A DNA stretch of 63,727 nt, the filler included, from Anaerolineae bacterium (GTDB lineage Bacteria > Chloroflexota > Anaerolineae > B4-G1 > DUEL01): assembly GCA_041082215.1 (NCBI GenBank). It is 8 parts of 8 records of this genome, joined end to end, with 100 filler letters (N's around TTAATTAATTAA, not from the genome) between each part and the next. Parts side by side here need not be neighbours in the genome. Positions count along the whole stretch, not along the records: positions 10,910 to 33,164 come from JBDOIF010000029.1; 7 more parts are not named here. One strand, 5' to 3'. Positions 19,616-29,827 of the stretch are shown one piece after another. A program made the position numbers and the translations under genes. The notes beneath the pieces are model-generated. The model did not search any database. It was not told the DNA's origin and was given only the letters and a program-made list of their open reading frames with translations. Numbering within the stretch: position 1 is the first letter of the stretch; the number at the start of each line of letters is the position of its first letter.

Positions 19616-19784
19616 GGAACCGGTCAGAGGCTATCCATCGCGCCCCAGACCAACAGGCTGCCCCTGGCTACCTCGCTCGAAGCCAGGGGCATAAACACAG
19701 CACGCACGTCCGTACGGAACCGCGTGCGCTTTCCGTAACTGCTGGGGCGGTGGCGAAGCGCCCGGGGAGAAGCTACCGCTTTCC

Positions 19785-19931
19785 TTAAACGTTACTGACA
19801 ATGTTCGAGAAGGCGTTCCCGATCGCAGGGCCTAGCAGGGTAAGGACAACGAGGACCACAAGGACGACCAGGGCAAGAATAAGAGCATATTCCACCAGAC
19901 CCTGCGCCTTCTCGTCAGGAAAGTACAGCAT
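19785..19931 (-). CDS. Flp/Fap type IVb pilin
   Basis: MLYFPDEKAQGLVEYALILALVVLVV carries the class III signal and EY motif. SD GGAGGAGG upstream. Confidence 0.88.
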   Translation of the reverse strand: MLYFPDEKAQGLVEYALILALVVLVVLVVLTLLGPAIGNAFSNIVSNV

Positions 19932-20033
19932 ACTGTTCTGCCTCCTCCCCACCCTTGATAGCCCCCTCCTTCCGTCATCCTTGGCTGAGTAAATATCATA
20001 CCACAAAAATGTAAAAAACAGGTGTAAAGGAAA

Positions 20034-21140
20034 TTACAGTCGTTCAAGGACGATCAACTCCCTGGAAAAGGTCGTCAGGCTTTCGGCTCCATCGGGGGTC
20101 ACGGCTATATCGTCCTCGATGCGCACCCCGCCCAGGCCCGGCAGATAGACCCCCGGCTCAACGGTAAAGGTCATCCCTGGCCGGAGCCGTTCCCGGCTTC
20201 CCTGGACGATGTAAGGCGGTTCATGCACCTCCAGTCCCAGCCCGTGGCCGGTGCGGTGGATGAAATACCCACCGTACCCTGCACTCTCGATCACCGCCCG
20301 CGCCGCCCGGTCCACCTCCTGGGCTTCAACCCCCGGACCGACCCTGGCCCTTCCTGCGGCGTTGGCCTCCTGCACCACCTCATACACCTGCGCCAGCTCT
20401 TCGGGCAGCCCGCCGATCGCGACGGTGCGGGTGATGTCCGAAGCGTACCCTCCCACCACCGCTCCGCAGTCAATGACCACCGTCTCGCCGGGTCGGATGG
20501 GGCGGTCAGAGGGGAGGGAGTGGGGAGAGGCAGCGTTGGGGCCAGCGACGACGATGGGCTGGAAGGGAACCCCCTCCCCGCCAGCCCGAAGGACCTCCAC
20601 CATCAACAGCCCCGCCACCTCCAGCTCGGTCATACCCGGCCGGAGCTGGTCGAGGGTGGCCTGCAGTGCGGACTCCACCACCGCCACCGCCCGCCGCATC
20701 TGGCCCAGCTCCCCCTCATCCTTGCAGATCCGCAGGGCGGTCATCACCTCATCGGCGTGGACCAGCTCACAGCCGGGGGCATACCGCTCCAGGAAACGGG
20801 CCTCCATCAGCCGCATCCGCAACCCCTCGACGCCAATGCGGGCCTCCGCCAGCTCCAGCCCCGCGCAGGCCTGATGGAAAGCCAGCGCCGGCCCCTCCTC
20901 GTCCGTGTAGGTGTAGGCCCTGAGCTGGACAGCGGCCCCCTTCAGCTTCGGCGCTTCCAGCTCCGGCAGCACGATCGCCGGCGGCCGGTCCACCGGAAAG
21001 AAGGCCACCACCGGCCGCTCACTCAGGTGAAAGGAAAGGCCGGTCAGGTAGAAAAGGTTGGCTCCCGGCACCAGAGCCATGCAGTCCAGCCCCTCCCCGC
21101 CGGCCTCCTTCTGCAATCGGGCAATCCGCCTCCTGTTCAT
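20034..21140 (-). CDS. Xaa-Pro aminopeptidase (M24 family)
   Basis: Motifs DCG...Y.SDITRT, HRTGHGLGLEVHE, EPGVY and RIED. Confidence 0.93.
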   Translation of the reverse strand: MNRRRIARLQKEAGGEGLDCMALVPGANLFYLTGLSFHLSERPVVAFFPVDRPPAIVLPELEAPKLKGAAVQLRAYTYTDEEGPALAFHQACAGLELAEARIGVEGLRMRLMEARFLERYAPGCELVHADEVMTALRICKDEGELGQMRRAVAVVESALQATLDQLRPGMTELEVAGLLMVEVLRAGGEGVPFQPIVVAGPNAASPHSLPSDRPIRPGETVVIDCGAVVGGYASDITRTVAIGGLPEELAQVYEVVQEANAAGRARVGPGVEAQEVDRAARAVIESAGYGGYFIHRTGHGLGLEVHEPPYIVQGSRERLRPGMTFTVEPGVYLPGLGGVRIEDDIAVTPDGAESLTTFSRELIVLERL

Positions 21141-21172
21141 TCCGTCTCTCCCCCCTTAAGAGAAGCCTTCTC

Positions 21173-21883
21173 TCAGCCGGGAACCCGCACCCCCACGTGC
21201 AGCGTCACCGTCCCCATCATCAGCCGCCGGAAGCGGACATCCCCCAGGCCCACCTGCATCATCGTCGCCGCCAGCTCCTCCGGCGAGAGGAAAGCCTCGA
21301 CGGAGCGGGGGAGATACCGGTAAGCCTCGGCGTAGCCGGTGAGGAGACGGCCGAGCCAGGGGACCAGCCCGGCGAAATAGAGCTGGAAGAACGGCTCGAA
21401 GGGAGAGCGGCGTGGCCAGCTCATCTCCAGGCAGACCACCCGCCCCCCCGGCCGGACCACGCGGACCATCTCCGCCAGCGCCCCCTCCACGCTGACGACG
21501 TTGCGCAGCATGAAGCCGTTGACGACGGCGTCGAAGACATTGTCGGGGAAGGGGAGCCGGAGGGCGTCCCCCTCCGTCCAGAGGATAGGCCGCCCGTCGG
21601 ACTGTGCCCGCCCCTCACGGATCATCTGCGGGCTGAAGTCCACCCCCACCACCCGGATGCCGGGCCACTGGCGGAGCAGCGCACGGGAAAGCCCGCCCTC
21701 CCCGGCTGCCACATCCAGCACCCACCCGCCCGGCGGGACCCGGGCCTGGGCAGCGGCCAGCCGTCGCCAGCTCTCCACCCGCCCCAGCGACATCACCTGG
21801 TTGACCAGCTCGTAACGAGGGGCCAGACGGGCGAACAGTGCACGGGTGAATGCCCGCTTCTCTTCAGCACTCGTAAACGTCAT
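21173..21883 (-). CDS. menG: Demethylmenaquinone methyltransferase (UbiE/MenG)
   Basis: F..LAPRYE..N..MSLG...WR, LDVAAGEG, GDALRLPF and AYRYLP.S. Adjacent to menA. Confidence 0.85.
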   Translation of the reverse strand: MTFTSAEEKRAFTRALFARLAPRYELVNQVMSLGRVESWRRLAAAQARVPPGGWVLDVAAGEGGLSRALLRQWPGIRVVGVDFSPQMIREGRAQSDGRPILWTEGDALRLPFPDNVFDAVVNGFMLRNVVSVEGALAEMVRVVRPGGRVVCLEMSWPRRSPFEPFFQLYFAGLVPWLGRLLTGYAEAYRYLPRSVEAFLSPEELAATMMQVGLGDVRFRRLMMGTVTLHVGVRVPG

Positions 21884-21912
21884 TTCCAGAGCCTGTAAGT
21901 TTCACCGTTTTT

Positions 21913-21979
21913 CACCACGGAGACGCAGAGGACACGGAGTCCCACAGATTTCCTCCCCGTCCTCTATGCCTCCGTGGTG
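21913..21979. repeat. Palindromic CACCACGGAG...CTCCGTGGTG microrepeat element
   Basis: 10-bp terminal inverted repeat with internal GACGCAGAG/GACACGGAG units. Confidence 0.7.
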
Positions 21980-21988
21980 GGCTTTACC

Positions 21989-22936
21989 TCAGGCCAGCAG
22001 GGAGACGATCCCCTCCACCGCATATGCCAGGGCGAGCAGGAGCCCTGTCAGCAGGTGGATGCGGATGGTGAGGGCGTTGGCTGGCACCAGCTCCTGGGGA
22101 TGGTCGTAGTGGACCCGGGCCACGCTGTATGCCTTCCAGGCCAGCGGCGCGGTGATCAGCCCAAGCAGAGCGAAGGGGGTGACCCCGGCGAAGAGGATGC
22201 CGGCCACGATGGAGAGATACGTCAGGAGCAGCAGCGCCCCGTAGACGGCCGCCGCCCGTCTCCGGCCCATCCGCACCACCAGATGATCCTTCCCCACGGC
22301 TGCGTCGGCCCGCATGTCCTGGAACTCGTTGATCCACAGGACCAGCGCGATCAGGATGCCCACCGGGATCGCCGCCACCACCGGCTCCCAGCCGAGGGTC
22401 CGGGCCTGCACCACGTAGGCCCCCAGCACCATCAGCGGGCCGAAGCACATCCCCACCGCCAGCTCGCCAAACCCCGTCCGGGCCAGGCGGAATGGGGGCG
22501 CAGTGTAGAAATAGCCGCAGAAGACGCCGATGATCCCCAGCCACAGCACCGCCCAGCTTCGGGTGAAGGCCAGGAAGAGGCCGATCAGACCCCCGGCTAC
22601 GAAAAAGCCGATCCCCTGCCAGAGCATCTCCTTCGGCTTCACCAGCCCCATCTGAATAAGGCGGCTCCCGCCGGTAAAGGGGTTGGCGAACTCCGTGTTG
22701 ACCTCGTCCGAACCCCAGGTGTGGTCGAAATAGTCGTTGGTCATGTTGGTGCCAGCGTTAAGACAGATGGCGCCGATGAGGGTGAGGAGAAAATACCAGA
22801 AGTTGAAGGTGCCCGTGCGCGCCCATGCCAGCGCGGTCCCCACAAGGACTGGCGCCAGGTCGGCAGTGAAGAAGGGCGCGCGCAGTTTGACCACCCACAG
22901 AGGGGGCATTTTGACGCCTGGAGCATCAGCAGACAT
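21989..22936 (-). CDS. menA: 1,4-dihydroxy-2-naphthoate prenyltransferase (MenA/UbiA family)
   Basis: Motifs NMTNDYFD...G.D, YTAPPFRL and INEFQD...D...GK. Multiple TM helices. Confidence 0.88.
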   Translation of the reverse strand: MSADAPGVKMPPLWVVKLRAPFFTADLAPVLVGTALAWARTGTFNFWYFLLTLIGAICLNAGTNMTNDYFDHTWGSDEVNTEFANPFTGGSRLIQMGLVKPKEMLWQGIGFFVAGGLIGLFLAFTRSWAVLWLGIIGVFCGYFYTAPPFRLARTGFGELAVGMCFGPLMVLGAYVVQARTLGWEPVVAAIPVGILIALVLWINEFQDMRADAAVGKDHLVVRMGRRRAAAVYGALLLLTYLSIVAGILFAGVTPFALLGLITAPLAWKAYSVARVHYDHPQELVPANALTIRIHLLTGLLLALAYAVEGIVSLLA

Positions 22937-23025
22937 CTCTTATCACCTCCCGGTTCGGTCTTTGCCGCCCGCTAGCGATCGGCGAGGGCGGTCGGGGGGA
23001 TGATACCACAAGGGCGGCAAAGAGA

Positions 23026-23067
23026 CAAATATTGTAGGACAAGCTTCAGCTTGTCCTACAATATTTG
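23026..23067. repeat. GTAG-type REP palindrome, perfect 20-bp arms
   Basis: CAAATATTGTAGGACAAGCT-tc-AGCTTGTCCTACAATATTTG. Related copies at 49754-49779 and 29828-29850. Confidence 0.9.
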
Positions 23068-23099
23068 CGTCTCCCACCGGGCCTGCTATAATGCTATCT

Positions 23100-24032
23100 G
23101 TGAAAGGCATCATCATCTATAACCCCACGGCCGGCCCGCGAGACGTGAGGCGGGAGCTGAAGCAGGTGCGCCGGGAACTGGGCCGGCGCGGCTGGTCGGT
23201 GGAGATCGAGCCGACCCAAAAGGCGGGGGACGCCACGCAGCTTGCCCGTCGCGCCGCCGAGGCCGGCCTCGACGGGGTATGGGTGGCCGGAGGGGACGGG
23301 ACGGTAAACGAGGCGGTCAACGGCCTGGTGGGCAGCCAGACCGCCCTGGGCGTCCTCCCGGTGGGAACCGGCAACATCTGGGCCAAACAGCTCCACCTGC
23401 CCACCTATACCCTAACCCACCCCTTCCGGCTGCGGGAGGCGGCCGTCGCCCAGGCCGAGGGAAGCATAAGGTCTGTGGACGTGGGCCGGATCAACGACCG
23501 GTACTTCCTCCTCTGGGCGGGCGTCGGCTTTGACGCCCAGGTGACCGCAGAGCTGGAGCCCCGGGACCGCCGGACCAAACGGCTGGGCCTCCTGCCCTAC
23601 GCCATCGCCGCTGTGATGCTGGCCCGCGAGTTCTCCGGCGTGCGAACCCACGCCGTGCTGGATGGGCGGGCGGTCCGTGGACGCACGATCCTGCTCCTGG
23701 TCAGCAACGTCCAGATATATGCCTTCGCCCCGGTGGCCCGTCAGGCCCGGCTGGACGACGGCCTGCTGGATGTGTTCATCTTCAAAGGGCTGGGCTTCCC
23801 CTACATCATCCGCCACGCCGCCAAGATGTTCAGCGGGCGGCACCTGGGGGACCCCCAGGTCGTGCAGCGGCAGGCCCGGCAGGTGGCGGTGTGGACGGAG
23901 CGGCCGGTGGCGGTGCAGGCGGATGGGGACCCCGCCGGGACGACGCCGGTGGCCCTGCGCGTCGTCCCCCGTGCCCTTCAGGTGCTCGTGCCGCCCCAGG
24001 CCCCGGCCCACCTTTTCAGAGAGGCGGTATGA
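23100..24032 (+). CDS. Diacylglycerol kinase-family lipid kinase (YegS/DagK)
   Basis: Motifs NPTAG, GGDGT.NE, LP.GTGN, DDGLLDV and QADGD. The GTG lies 7 nt after TATAAT, suggesting a leaderless mRNA. Confidence 0.92.
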   Translation: MKGIIIYNPTAGPRDVRRELKQVRRELGRRGWSVEIEPTQKAGDATQLARRAAEAGLDGVWVAGGDGTVNEAVNGLVGSQTALGVLPVGTGNIWAKQLHLPTYTLTHPFRLREAAVAQAEGSIRSVDVGRINDRYFLLWAGVGFDAQVTAELEPRDRRTKRLGLLPYAIAAVMLAREFSGVRTHAVLDGRAVRGRTILLLVSNVQIYAFAPVARQARLDDGLLDVFIFKGLGFPYIIRHAAKMFSGRHLGDPQVVQRQARQVAVWTERPVAVQADGDPAGTTPVALRVVPRALQVLVPPQAPAHLFREAV

Positions 24033-25078
24033 AAGGGTTGCTCATCCTTCTGGCCTTCGTACCCGCCGCCCTCCTCTCCAAATACCTGGGCGGCCCACCG
24101 GCGCTTACCTTTCTAACGGCGGCGCTGGGGATCGTCCCCCTGGCCTGGCTGATGGGGGAAGCGACGGAGTCGCTGGCCGATCGGGCCGGTCCCCAGGTCG
24201 GTGGCCTCCTCAACAGCACGCTGGGGAACGCCGCCGAGCTGATCATCTCCTACTTCGCCATCCGGGCCGGACTGCTGGAGCTGGTCAAAGCCTCCATCAC
24301 CGGCTCCATCCTGGGCAACCTCCTGCTGGTGATGGGGGCCAGCCTCCTGGCCGGCGGGCTGCGTCACGGCCTGCAGCGCTTCAATCGCAGCCACGCCGGC
24401 CTCAACGCCACCATGCTCGCCCTGGCCGTCATCGCCCTGGGGATCCCCTCCCTCTTCAGCCACGCCATCGAGGCCTCCAGCCACGAAGCGGTGGAGTACC
24501 TCAGCCTGGGCGTGGCCGGGGCAATGATCCTGGTCTACGGGCTGAGCCAGTTCTACCTCTTCCGCCAGACGGACAACGGTCGCTCCCGTAAACCTGCCCA
24601 CGCCGGGCCTCGCTGGTCGCCCCTCAAGGCCGGGACCGTCCTCACCCTTTCCACCGCCTTCATCGCCTGGCTGAGCGAGGTGCTGGTGGGAACGGTCGAA
24701 CCGGTGCTGGAGCATCTGGGCTGGACCGAATTCTTCGTCGGCGTGGTCATCATCCCTATCGTGGGCAACGCGGCCGAACACCTGGTGGCGGTCCAGGTGG
24801 CAGCCAAGGACCAGATGGACCTGAGCCTGGGGATCTCGGTGGGTTCGGGCCTTCAGGTCGCCCTCTTCGTCGCCCCGGTCCTGGTCTTCCTCAGCCTGGC
24901 AATGGGCAACCCGCTGACGCTGGTCTTCAACCAGTTCGAGCTGGTCGCGCTGGGGGCCGCCGCCCTCATCACTGGCCTGGTCGCGCTGGACGGGGAGTCC
25001 AACTGGATGGAAGGGGTGCAGCTTCTGGTGGTCTACCTGATCCTGGCTATGGCTTTCTTCTTCCTGCCTGTGGGGTAG
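24029..25078 (+). CDS. Ca2+/H+ antiporter (CAX/ChaA family)
   Basis: Two GNAAE signature repeats and [12 protein letters not shown]. Confidence 0.93.
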   Translation: MKGLLILLAFVPAALLSKYLGGPPALTFLTAALGIVPLAWLMGEATESLADRAGPQVGGLLNSTLGNAAELIISYFAIRAGLLELVKASITGSILGNLLLVMGASLLAGGLRHGLQRFNRSHAGLNATMLALAVIALGIPSLFSHAIEASSHEAVEYLSLGVAGAMILVYGLSQFYLFRQTDNGRSRKPAHAGPRWSPLKAGTVLTLSTAFIAWLSEVLVGTVEPVLEHLGWTEFFVGVVIIPIVGNAAEHLVAVQVAAKDQMDLSLGISVGSGLQVALFVAPVLVFLSLAMGNPLTLVFNQFELVALGAAALITGLVALDGESNWMEGVQLLVVYLILAMAFFFLPVG

Positions 25079-25096
25079 AGACACGGGGACGCGGAG

Positions 25097-26827
25097 ATGA
25101 CAGAAGGGGAACAGGTCTGGCAGGCAAAGCCACGGGAGACGGCCCAGGCCCGCTTCCCGGACGGCCGCACTTTTGAGGCGCCGATCGGGACGCCGTTGGA
25201 GGCCTATCTCCAGGCTGCCTACGGGAACGATCCGGTGCCGGTCATCGCCGCCCTGGTGGACGGGGAGTTGCGGGAGCTGGCCTATCCCCTGAAGCGAGAT
25301 GCAGAGGTCTCCCCCATCTTCCTCTCCGATTCCGACGGCGTCCGCATCTACCGGCGATCACTGGCCTTCCTGATGGTCACCGCCATCTCTGAACTCTATC
25401 CTGAGGTGCAGGTAGTGGTGGACCACTCCCTCCCCTTCGGCGGCTACTTCTGCCGCGTGCTGGGGCGGGAGAACTTCTCCTCCGAGGAGCTGGCCGCCAT
25501 CGAGGCCCGGATGCGGGCCATCGTGGAAGAGGACGCGCCCATCCTCAAGGAAAAGGCCCCCGTCGAGGAAGCGCTGGCCATTTTCCAGCAGCGGGGACAG
25601 GACGACAAGGTCCGCCTCCTCTCCCGGCGGCGGAAGGACTACCTGATCCTCTACCGCCTCCACAACTACCGGGACTACTTCCACGGCTACATGCTCCCCT
25701 CCACCCGGTATCTCCGCTTCTTCGACCTCCACCTGGCCCCGCCTGGCTTCGTCCTTCAGTATCCCCGCCGCCACCGGCCGACGGAGCTCCTCCCCTATGC
25801 CGAATACCCCCATCTGAGCGCCGTCTTTCGGGAGTACGGGGACTGGCTCGCCCTGCTGGGAGTGGAGGACGTGGGCAGCCTGAACGAGGCGATCGAAAAG
25901 GGCCGCGCCCGGGAGATCATCCTGGTCTCCGAAGCCCTCCACGAGGAACGGATCGCGGCCATCGCCCACGAGATCGCCGAACGGCGGGGGCAGACCCGAC
26001 TGGTCCTTATCGCTGGCCCCTCCGCCTCCGGCAAGACCACTTTCTCCAAGCGGCTCTCCATCCAGCTTATGGCGCACGGGGTCCAGCCCTTCCCCCTGGC
26101 GCTGGACGACTACTTTGTGGATCGGGATAAGACCCCCCGGGACGAAAAGGGAGAGTACGACTTCGAGGCGCTGGAGGCGCTGGACCTGCCTCTCTTTAAC
26201 GAGCAGCTCCTGCTCCTGATGGAAGGTAAAAAGGTCCAGCTCCCCCACTTCGATTTCACGACGGGGGTCCGGCGGGAAGGGCCGGAGGTGAAGCTCAGCC
26301 CCGACCATGTTATCCTGGTAGAAGGGATCCACGGGCTGAACCCCAAACTGGTGCCGGCCATCCCACGGGAATGGACCTATCGCATTTACGTCTCCGCACT
26401 GACCCAGTTGAACATTGATCGGCACAATCGGGTGCCGACGACGGACACCCGTCTCCTGCGGCGCATCGTGCGGGATTCCATCTACCGGGGCTACACAGCC
26501 GAGGACACGCTGAACCGGTGGGAGTCCGTCCGCCGGGGTGAAAAACGGCACATCTTCCCCTATCAGGAGCACGCTGACGTGATGTTCAACTCGGCGCTGG
26601 TGTACGAGCTGGCGGTGCTCAAGCCGCTGGTGGAACCGCTGCTCCGGCAGATCGAGCCGCCCAGCCCCCGGCGGGTGGAGACCAAGCGGCTCCTGGCCTT
26701 CCTGGAATGGTTTGCCCCCTGTCCGCCGGACCTGGTGCCGGATAACTCCATCCTGCGGGAGTTCATCGGCGGCTCCATCCTGCGGGACTATATCCCCACC
26801 GGCAAGCTGAGGCCTGCCCCCTACTGA
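25097..26827 (+). CDS. Nucleoside (uridine) kinase with N-terminal ThrRS-like TGS/SAD region
   Basis: IAGPSASGKTT, LDDYF and EGIHGLN. The N-terminal part resembles the ThrRS N-terminal domains. Confidence 0.85.
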   Translation: MTEGEQVWQAKPRETAQARFPDGRTFEAPIGTPLEAYLQAAYGNDPVPVIAALVDGELRELAYPLKRDAEVSPIFLSDSDGVRIYRRSLAFLMVTAISELYPEVQVVVDHSLPFGGYFCRVLGRENFSSEELAAIEARMRAIVEEDAPILKEKAPVEEALAIFQQRGQDDKVRLLSRRRKDYLILYRLHNYRDYFHGYMLPSTRYLRFFDLHLAPPGFVLQYPRRHRPTELLPYAEYPHLSAVFREYGDWLALLGVEDVGSLNEAIEKGRAREIILVSEALHEERIAAIAHEIAERRGQTRLVLIAGPSASGKTTFSKRLSIQLMAHGVQPFPLALDDYFVDRDKTPRDEKGEYDFEALEALDLPLFNEQLLLLMEGKKVQLPHFDFTTGVRREGPEVKLSPDHVILVEGIHGLNPKLVPAIPREWTYRIYVSALTQLNIDRHNRVPTTDTRLLRRIVRDSIYRGYTAEDTLNRWESVRRGEKRHIFPYQEHADVMFNSALVYELAVLKPLVEPLLRQIEPPSPRRVETKRLLAFLEWFAPCPPDLVPDNSILREFIGGSILRDYIPTGKLRPAPY

Positions 26828-27042
26828 TAAATCACCATTTTCGGTAAGGGAAGTTCGTCACAGGCAACCTGTGTCGTTTGTCACTACGCAGACGGACGGC
26901 TCTGAAGTATGATTACAGTCGAGGTGGGCGTGGCCTACGCCGTGCGGCAGGCGTTCTCCGCGAGCCACATCGCACCTCTCCTCCTTTCCTTGGCTGACGG
27001 TCCCCCGGGCTCCCCCGCCTGGGGGACCGGTGCTTTTCCCGG

Positions 27043-27549
27043 TCACAGCCGAACCCCCTCCAGGCGGAGGAGCGCCTCTTTGACCTCCAGGCCGCCACCG
27101 TAGCCGACCAGCGAGCCGTCGGCGCCGACAACGCGGTGGCAGGGGACGACGATGGGAACCGGGTTGGCGCCGACGGCAGCTCCCACAGCCCGGGCCGCAG
27201 CCGGGCCCCGCCCCAACCGCCCGGCGAGTTCTCCGTAGGTAATCGTGGTCCCGTAAGGGACCGACAGCAACTCCGACCACACCGCCCGCTGAAAGGGCGT
27301 CCCCCTCAGGTCCAGCGTCACCGTGAATTCCCGGCGCAACCGGGAAAAGTATTCCCGCAACTGGAGGACCAGGCCAGACAGGGCCTCGGGGGCCTCTTGG
27401 GGCGGCCCCGACTCCACATATCTGCCCAGCCAGGCGAAAAACGCCTCCCGATCCTCGTTGGGCAGGCCGATCCGACATACCCCCTTCCCGGTGGCCGCCA
27501 GCAGCAGCCGTCCGATAGGAACTTCCATCTCCGCATAGACAACCGGCAT
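27043..27549 (-). CDS. ogt: Methylated-DNA-protein-cysteine S-methyltransferase
   Basis: GTPFQ..VW, ARAVG.A...NP and the PCHRV active site. Confidence 0.95.
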   Translation of the reverse strand: MPVVYAEMEVPIGRLLLAATGKGVCRIGLPNEDREAFFAWLGRYVESGPPQEAPEALSGLVLQLREYFSRLRREFTVTLDLRGTPFQRAVWSELLSVPYGTTITYGELAGRLGRGPAAARAVGAAVGANPVPIVVPCHRVVGADGSLVGYGGGLEVKEALLRLEGVRL

Positions 27550-27563
27550 CCTTCCCTCCACAG

Positions 27564-29768
27564 TCAGGGCGACGATGGGAGCGGCAGAGCGTACACGCCT
27601 GTCCCCGTCACCATCAGCAGCCGGGTCGCGGTGTCGTCCAGAGCCACCAGCCTCAGGCCCTGAAAGACGCCAGCAGCAGCACACAACTGCATCTCAAACC
27701 GCCCCCCGTCGTTCAAGACCACCACCCGTTCCCCCACACCGTCGGCAAGATAGACCGGCCCGTCCATCCTCCGGGGATCCACCGCCAGAGAGACGAAGAG
27801 CGGCTCGGGGCCGGGCACCCCCTGGACCTGAAAGGGGACCCGCTCTCCCTGAAGGAACTTGACGACCTCCCCGTCCCGGAAAAGCACGTAGATGTTGCCG
27901 TTGATGGCCAGATCGCGCGCCCCGGCAAGGGGCTGGGGGGACCGGGTGGGGAAGTAGGGCTCCGCCCGATCCGGGTATCCCCCATCCCGCGGCCGATACC
28001 GCCAGATCTGATCGGCCGTCGGGTCCAGCAGATACAGCCGCCCCTCGAAGACCGCCATCGCCACAGGCATGCCCCCTCCTGGAGCAGGCCCGAGAGGGAT
28101 GGAAGAGGTGGCATCCGGCCAGGCAGGGTCGTAGACCCACAGCTGGCCCGCTGTATCCAGGGCAACCAGCGCGTTGGAGGACCATCCCTCGCCAGCGGGG
28201 TTCCAGGCCATGTCCACCAGCTCAGGAGCCTCAACTCCGACGGAGGGAATTGGCAGAACAGTCTCCGCCCCCTGACTGCTCAGGTCGAGCTGGCTCAGGA
28301 CTCCTCGCCCCTCATCGAGAAGGAAAAGAAGGGAACCATAAGCCACCAAGCGTCGAACAGCGGAGCCAGCCTCCAGCTTCGCCAGAAGCGTCGGCTCCAC
28401 CCGGACCACCCCATCCATCCGATCCAGGGCCGCCTGAGCCTGCGCCCGGAGATCGGCGGCATCGGGGTCTTCTTCCATCTTGTCCAGCGTCCGGAGGACC
28501 CCCTCCCAGAGAGCGCGGGCCTGCGCCGGATCGCCCGTCTGGCGGGCCAGGTCGGCCTGCTGGCGGGCCTGATCCAGCGTCTGCTGACGGCGGATGGCAG
28601 TACCGTAGGTGAGCCAGACCACCAGCGTGACGATGGCGACAAGGAGGAAGATGACAATGGCTATCCCAGCCATGACCCGCGGGTTCTCCGGCGGAGGGGG
28701 ACGGCGCTCCCGGAGCCGACGACCTCCACCCCGCTCTCGCCCCGGCAGCGCCCGTTGGAAAAGAACCCCCAGCCCGCCCGCGACCACAGACCCGACATAG
28801 GCGACCCATCTCCCCAGCCGACGCAGCCGCTCCCCAGGCCGGACCCGCTCCAGCAGAGAGGGGCCTTTGGGGCGGGGAGGAGGAGGCGCAGGCTCCGCCG
28901 CCGGCCTCCAGGCAGGGACCTCGATCTCCTCCTCAGCCTCTTCGACTACCGGCTCCCAGATGCGGACGGGCCGCTCCTCCGGGATGGCCGCCGGAGGGGA
29001 GGGGACAGCCCTTCCAGCCGGAGCCTCTTCACGGGCAGGGGCAGGGGACGGTAGAGGAGATGGCGCCGCTGCGCGACGGCGTCGGCGAGGAGCCGGGAGC
29101 TCCGCCGCAACGGGTCCCTTCGTCGGGGACCGCACCACCAGTGCGGCCAAATCCTCCCCCCCGGCGATCTGCTCCAGCCCGTCCACCACCGCCCCCAGCT
29201 CTTCCATTGAGAGGACCCGCCGGAGGGCGTCGTCGGAGGCATAGCGGGCCAGCCCCGGGGTGGCAAGGAGCAGCGTGTCCCCCGGCCCGAAGTCGAGGCA
29301 GGAGATGCGGACCTCCGCATAGGCAGTCACGCCTAACGGAGGAAGGTCGGTCGGAAGGAGCCGCGTCAGGCCCGTCTCTCCAAGGAGCCAGGCGCAGGTC
29401 GGCCCCGTCTGGGCCAGAAAAAGCTCCCCCTCCCGCAGAGCTGCACAGGACATCCCTCCCTGAACACGCTCATGGGGAGAGGCCCTGCTGTTATGGGCAT
29501 AAACGGCGCGGCTGACGGCTAAGGCCGCCCGCCGAAGGGCGGCGATGACACTGCCGGGCGTTTCCCAGAATGCCTGAGCAGCAGACTCACGGACCTCGCG
29601 ATACAGTCGGGAGGGGGCATCCCCCAGGTCCAGCACCGCCAGGAAGAGTTCCCCTTCGCGGCCCGGAGCAGGGCGCAGGGGGGGCGTCAGGACGACGACG
29701 CCAGCAGGCGTCCCCTCCTGCCGCCGCCCCCCGGCAATGCGCAGCACCTCCGTGTGGACCTGGGCCAT
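27564..29768 (-). CDS. Membrane protein: degenerate PP2C-like N-domain, Pro-rich linker, TM helix, C-terminal beta-propeller
   Basis: GDTLLLATPGL resembles PP2C GD.L.L.SDG. TM helix near aa 365-390, followed by NHL/WD-like repeats (GRLYLLD, GNIYVL, GPVYLAD). Confidence 0.7.
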   Translation of the reverse strand: MAQVHTEVLRIAGGRRQEGTPAGVVVLTPPLRPAPGREGELFLAVLDLGDAPSRLYREVRESAAQAFWETPGSVIAALRRAALAVSRAVYAHNSRASPHERVQGGMSCAALREGELFLAQTGPTCAWLLGETGLTRLLPTDLPPLGVTAYAEVRISCLDFGPGDTLLLATPGLARYASDDALRRVLSMEELGAVVDGLEQIAGGEDLAALVVRSPTKGPVAAELPAPRRRRRAAAPSPLPSPAPAREEAPAGRAVPSPPAAIPEERPVRIWEPVVEEAEEEIEVPAWRPAAEPAPPPPRPKGPSLLERVRPGERLRRLGRWVAYVGSVVAGGLGVLFQRALPGRERGGGRRLRERRPPPPENPRVMAGIAIVIFLLVAIVTLVVWLTYGTAIRRQQTLDQARQQADLARQTGDPAQARALWEGVLRTLDKMEEDPDAADLRAQAQAALDRMDGVVRVEPTLLAKLEAGSAVRRLVAYGSLLFLLDEGRGVLSQLDLSSQGAETVLPIPSVGVEAPELVDMAWNPAGEGWSSNALVALDTAGQLWVYDPAWPDATSSIPLGPAPGGGMPVAMAVFEGRLYLLDPTADQIWRYRPRDGGYPDRAEPYFPTRSPQPLAGARDLAINGNIYVLFRDGEVVKFLQGERVPFQVQGVPGPEPLFVSLAVDPRRMDGPVYLADGVGERVVVLNDGGRFEMQLCAAAGVFQGLRLVALDDTATRLLMVTGTGVYALPLPSSP

Positions 29769-29827
29769 CGCCGCCTCCGGATGGCCCCATCATATGATGA
29801 TGGACGCTCTCTGTCAAGTGCGAAAAC

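Noticed and set aside
19616..19784. c-di-GMP riboswitch near the Flp pilin
   Set aside because: The region is downstream of the gene, and I cannot find the GGCAAA/GNRA/GACGCAAA consensus.
26935..26937. TAG read-through (pyrrolysine) of the 11-aa ORF
   Set aside because: There are no pyl genes in the window, and the extended peptide has no recognisable features.
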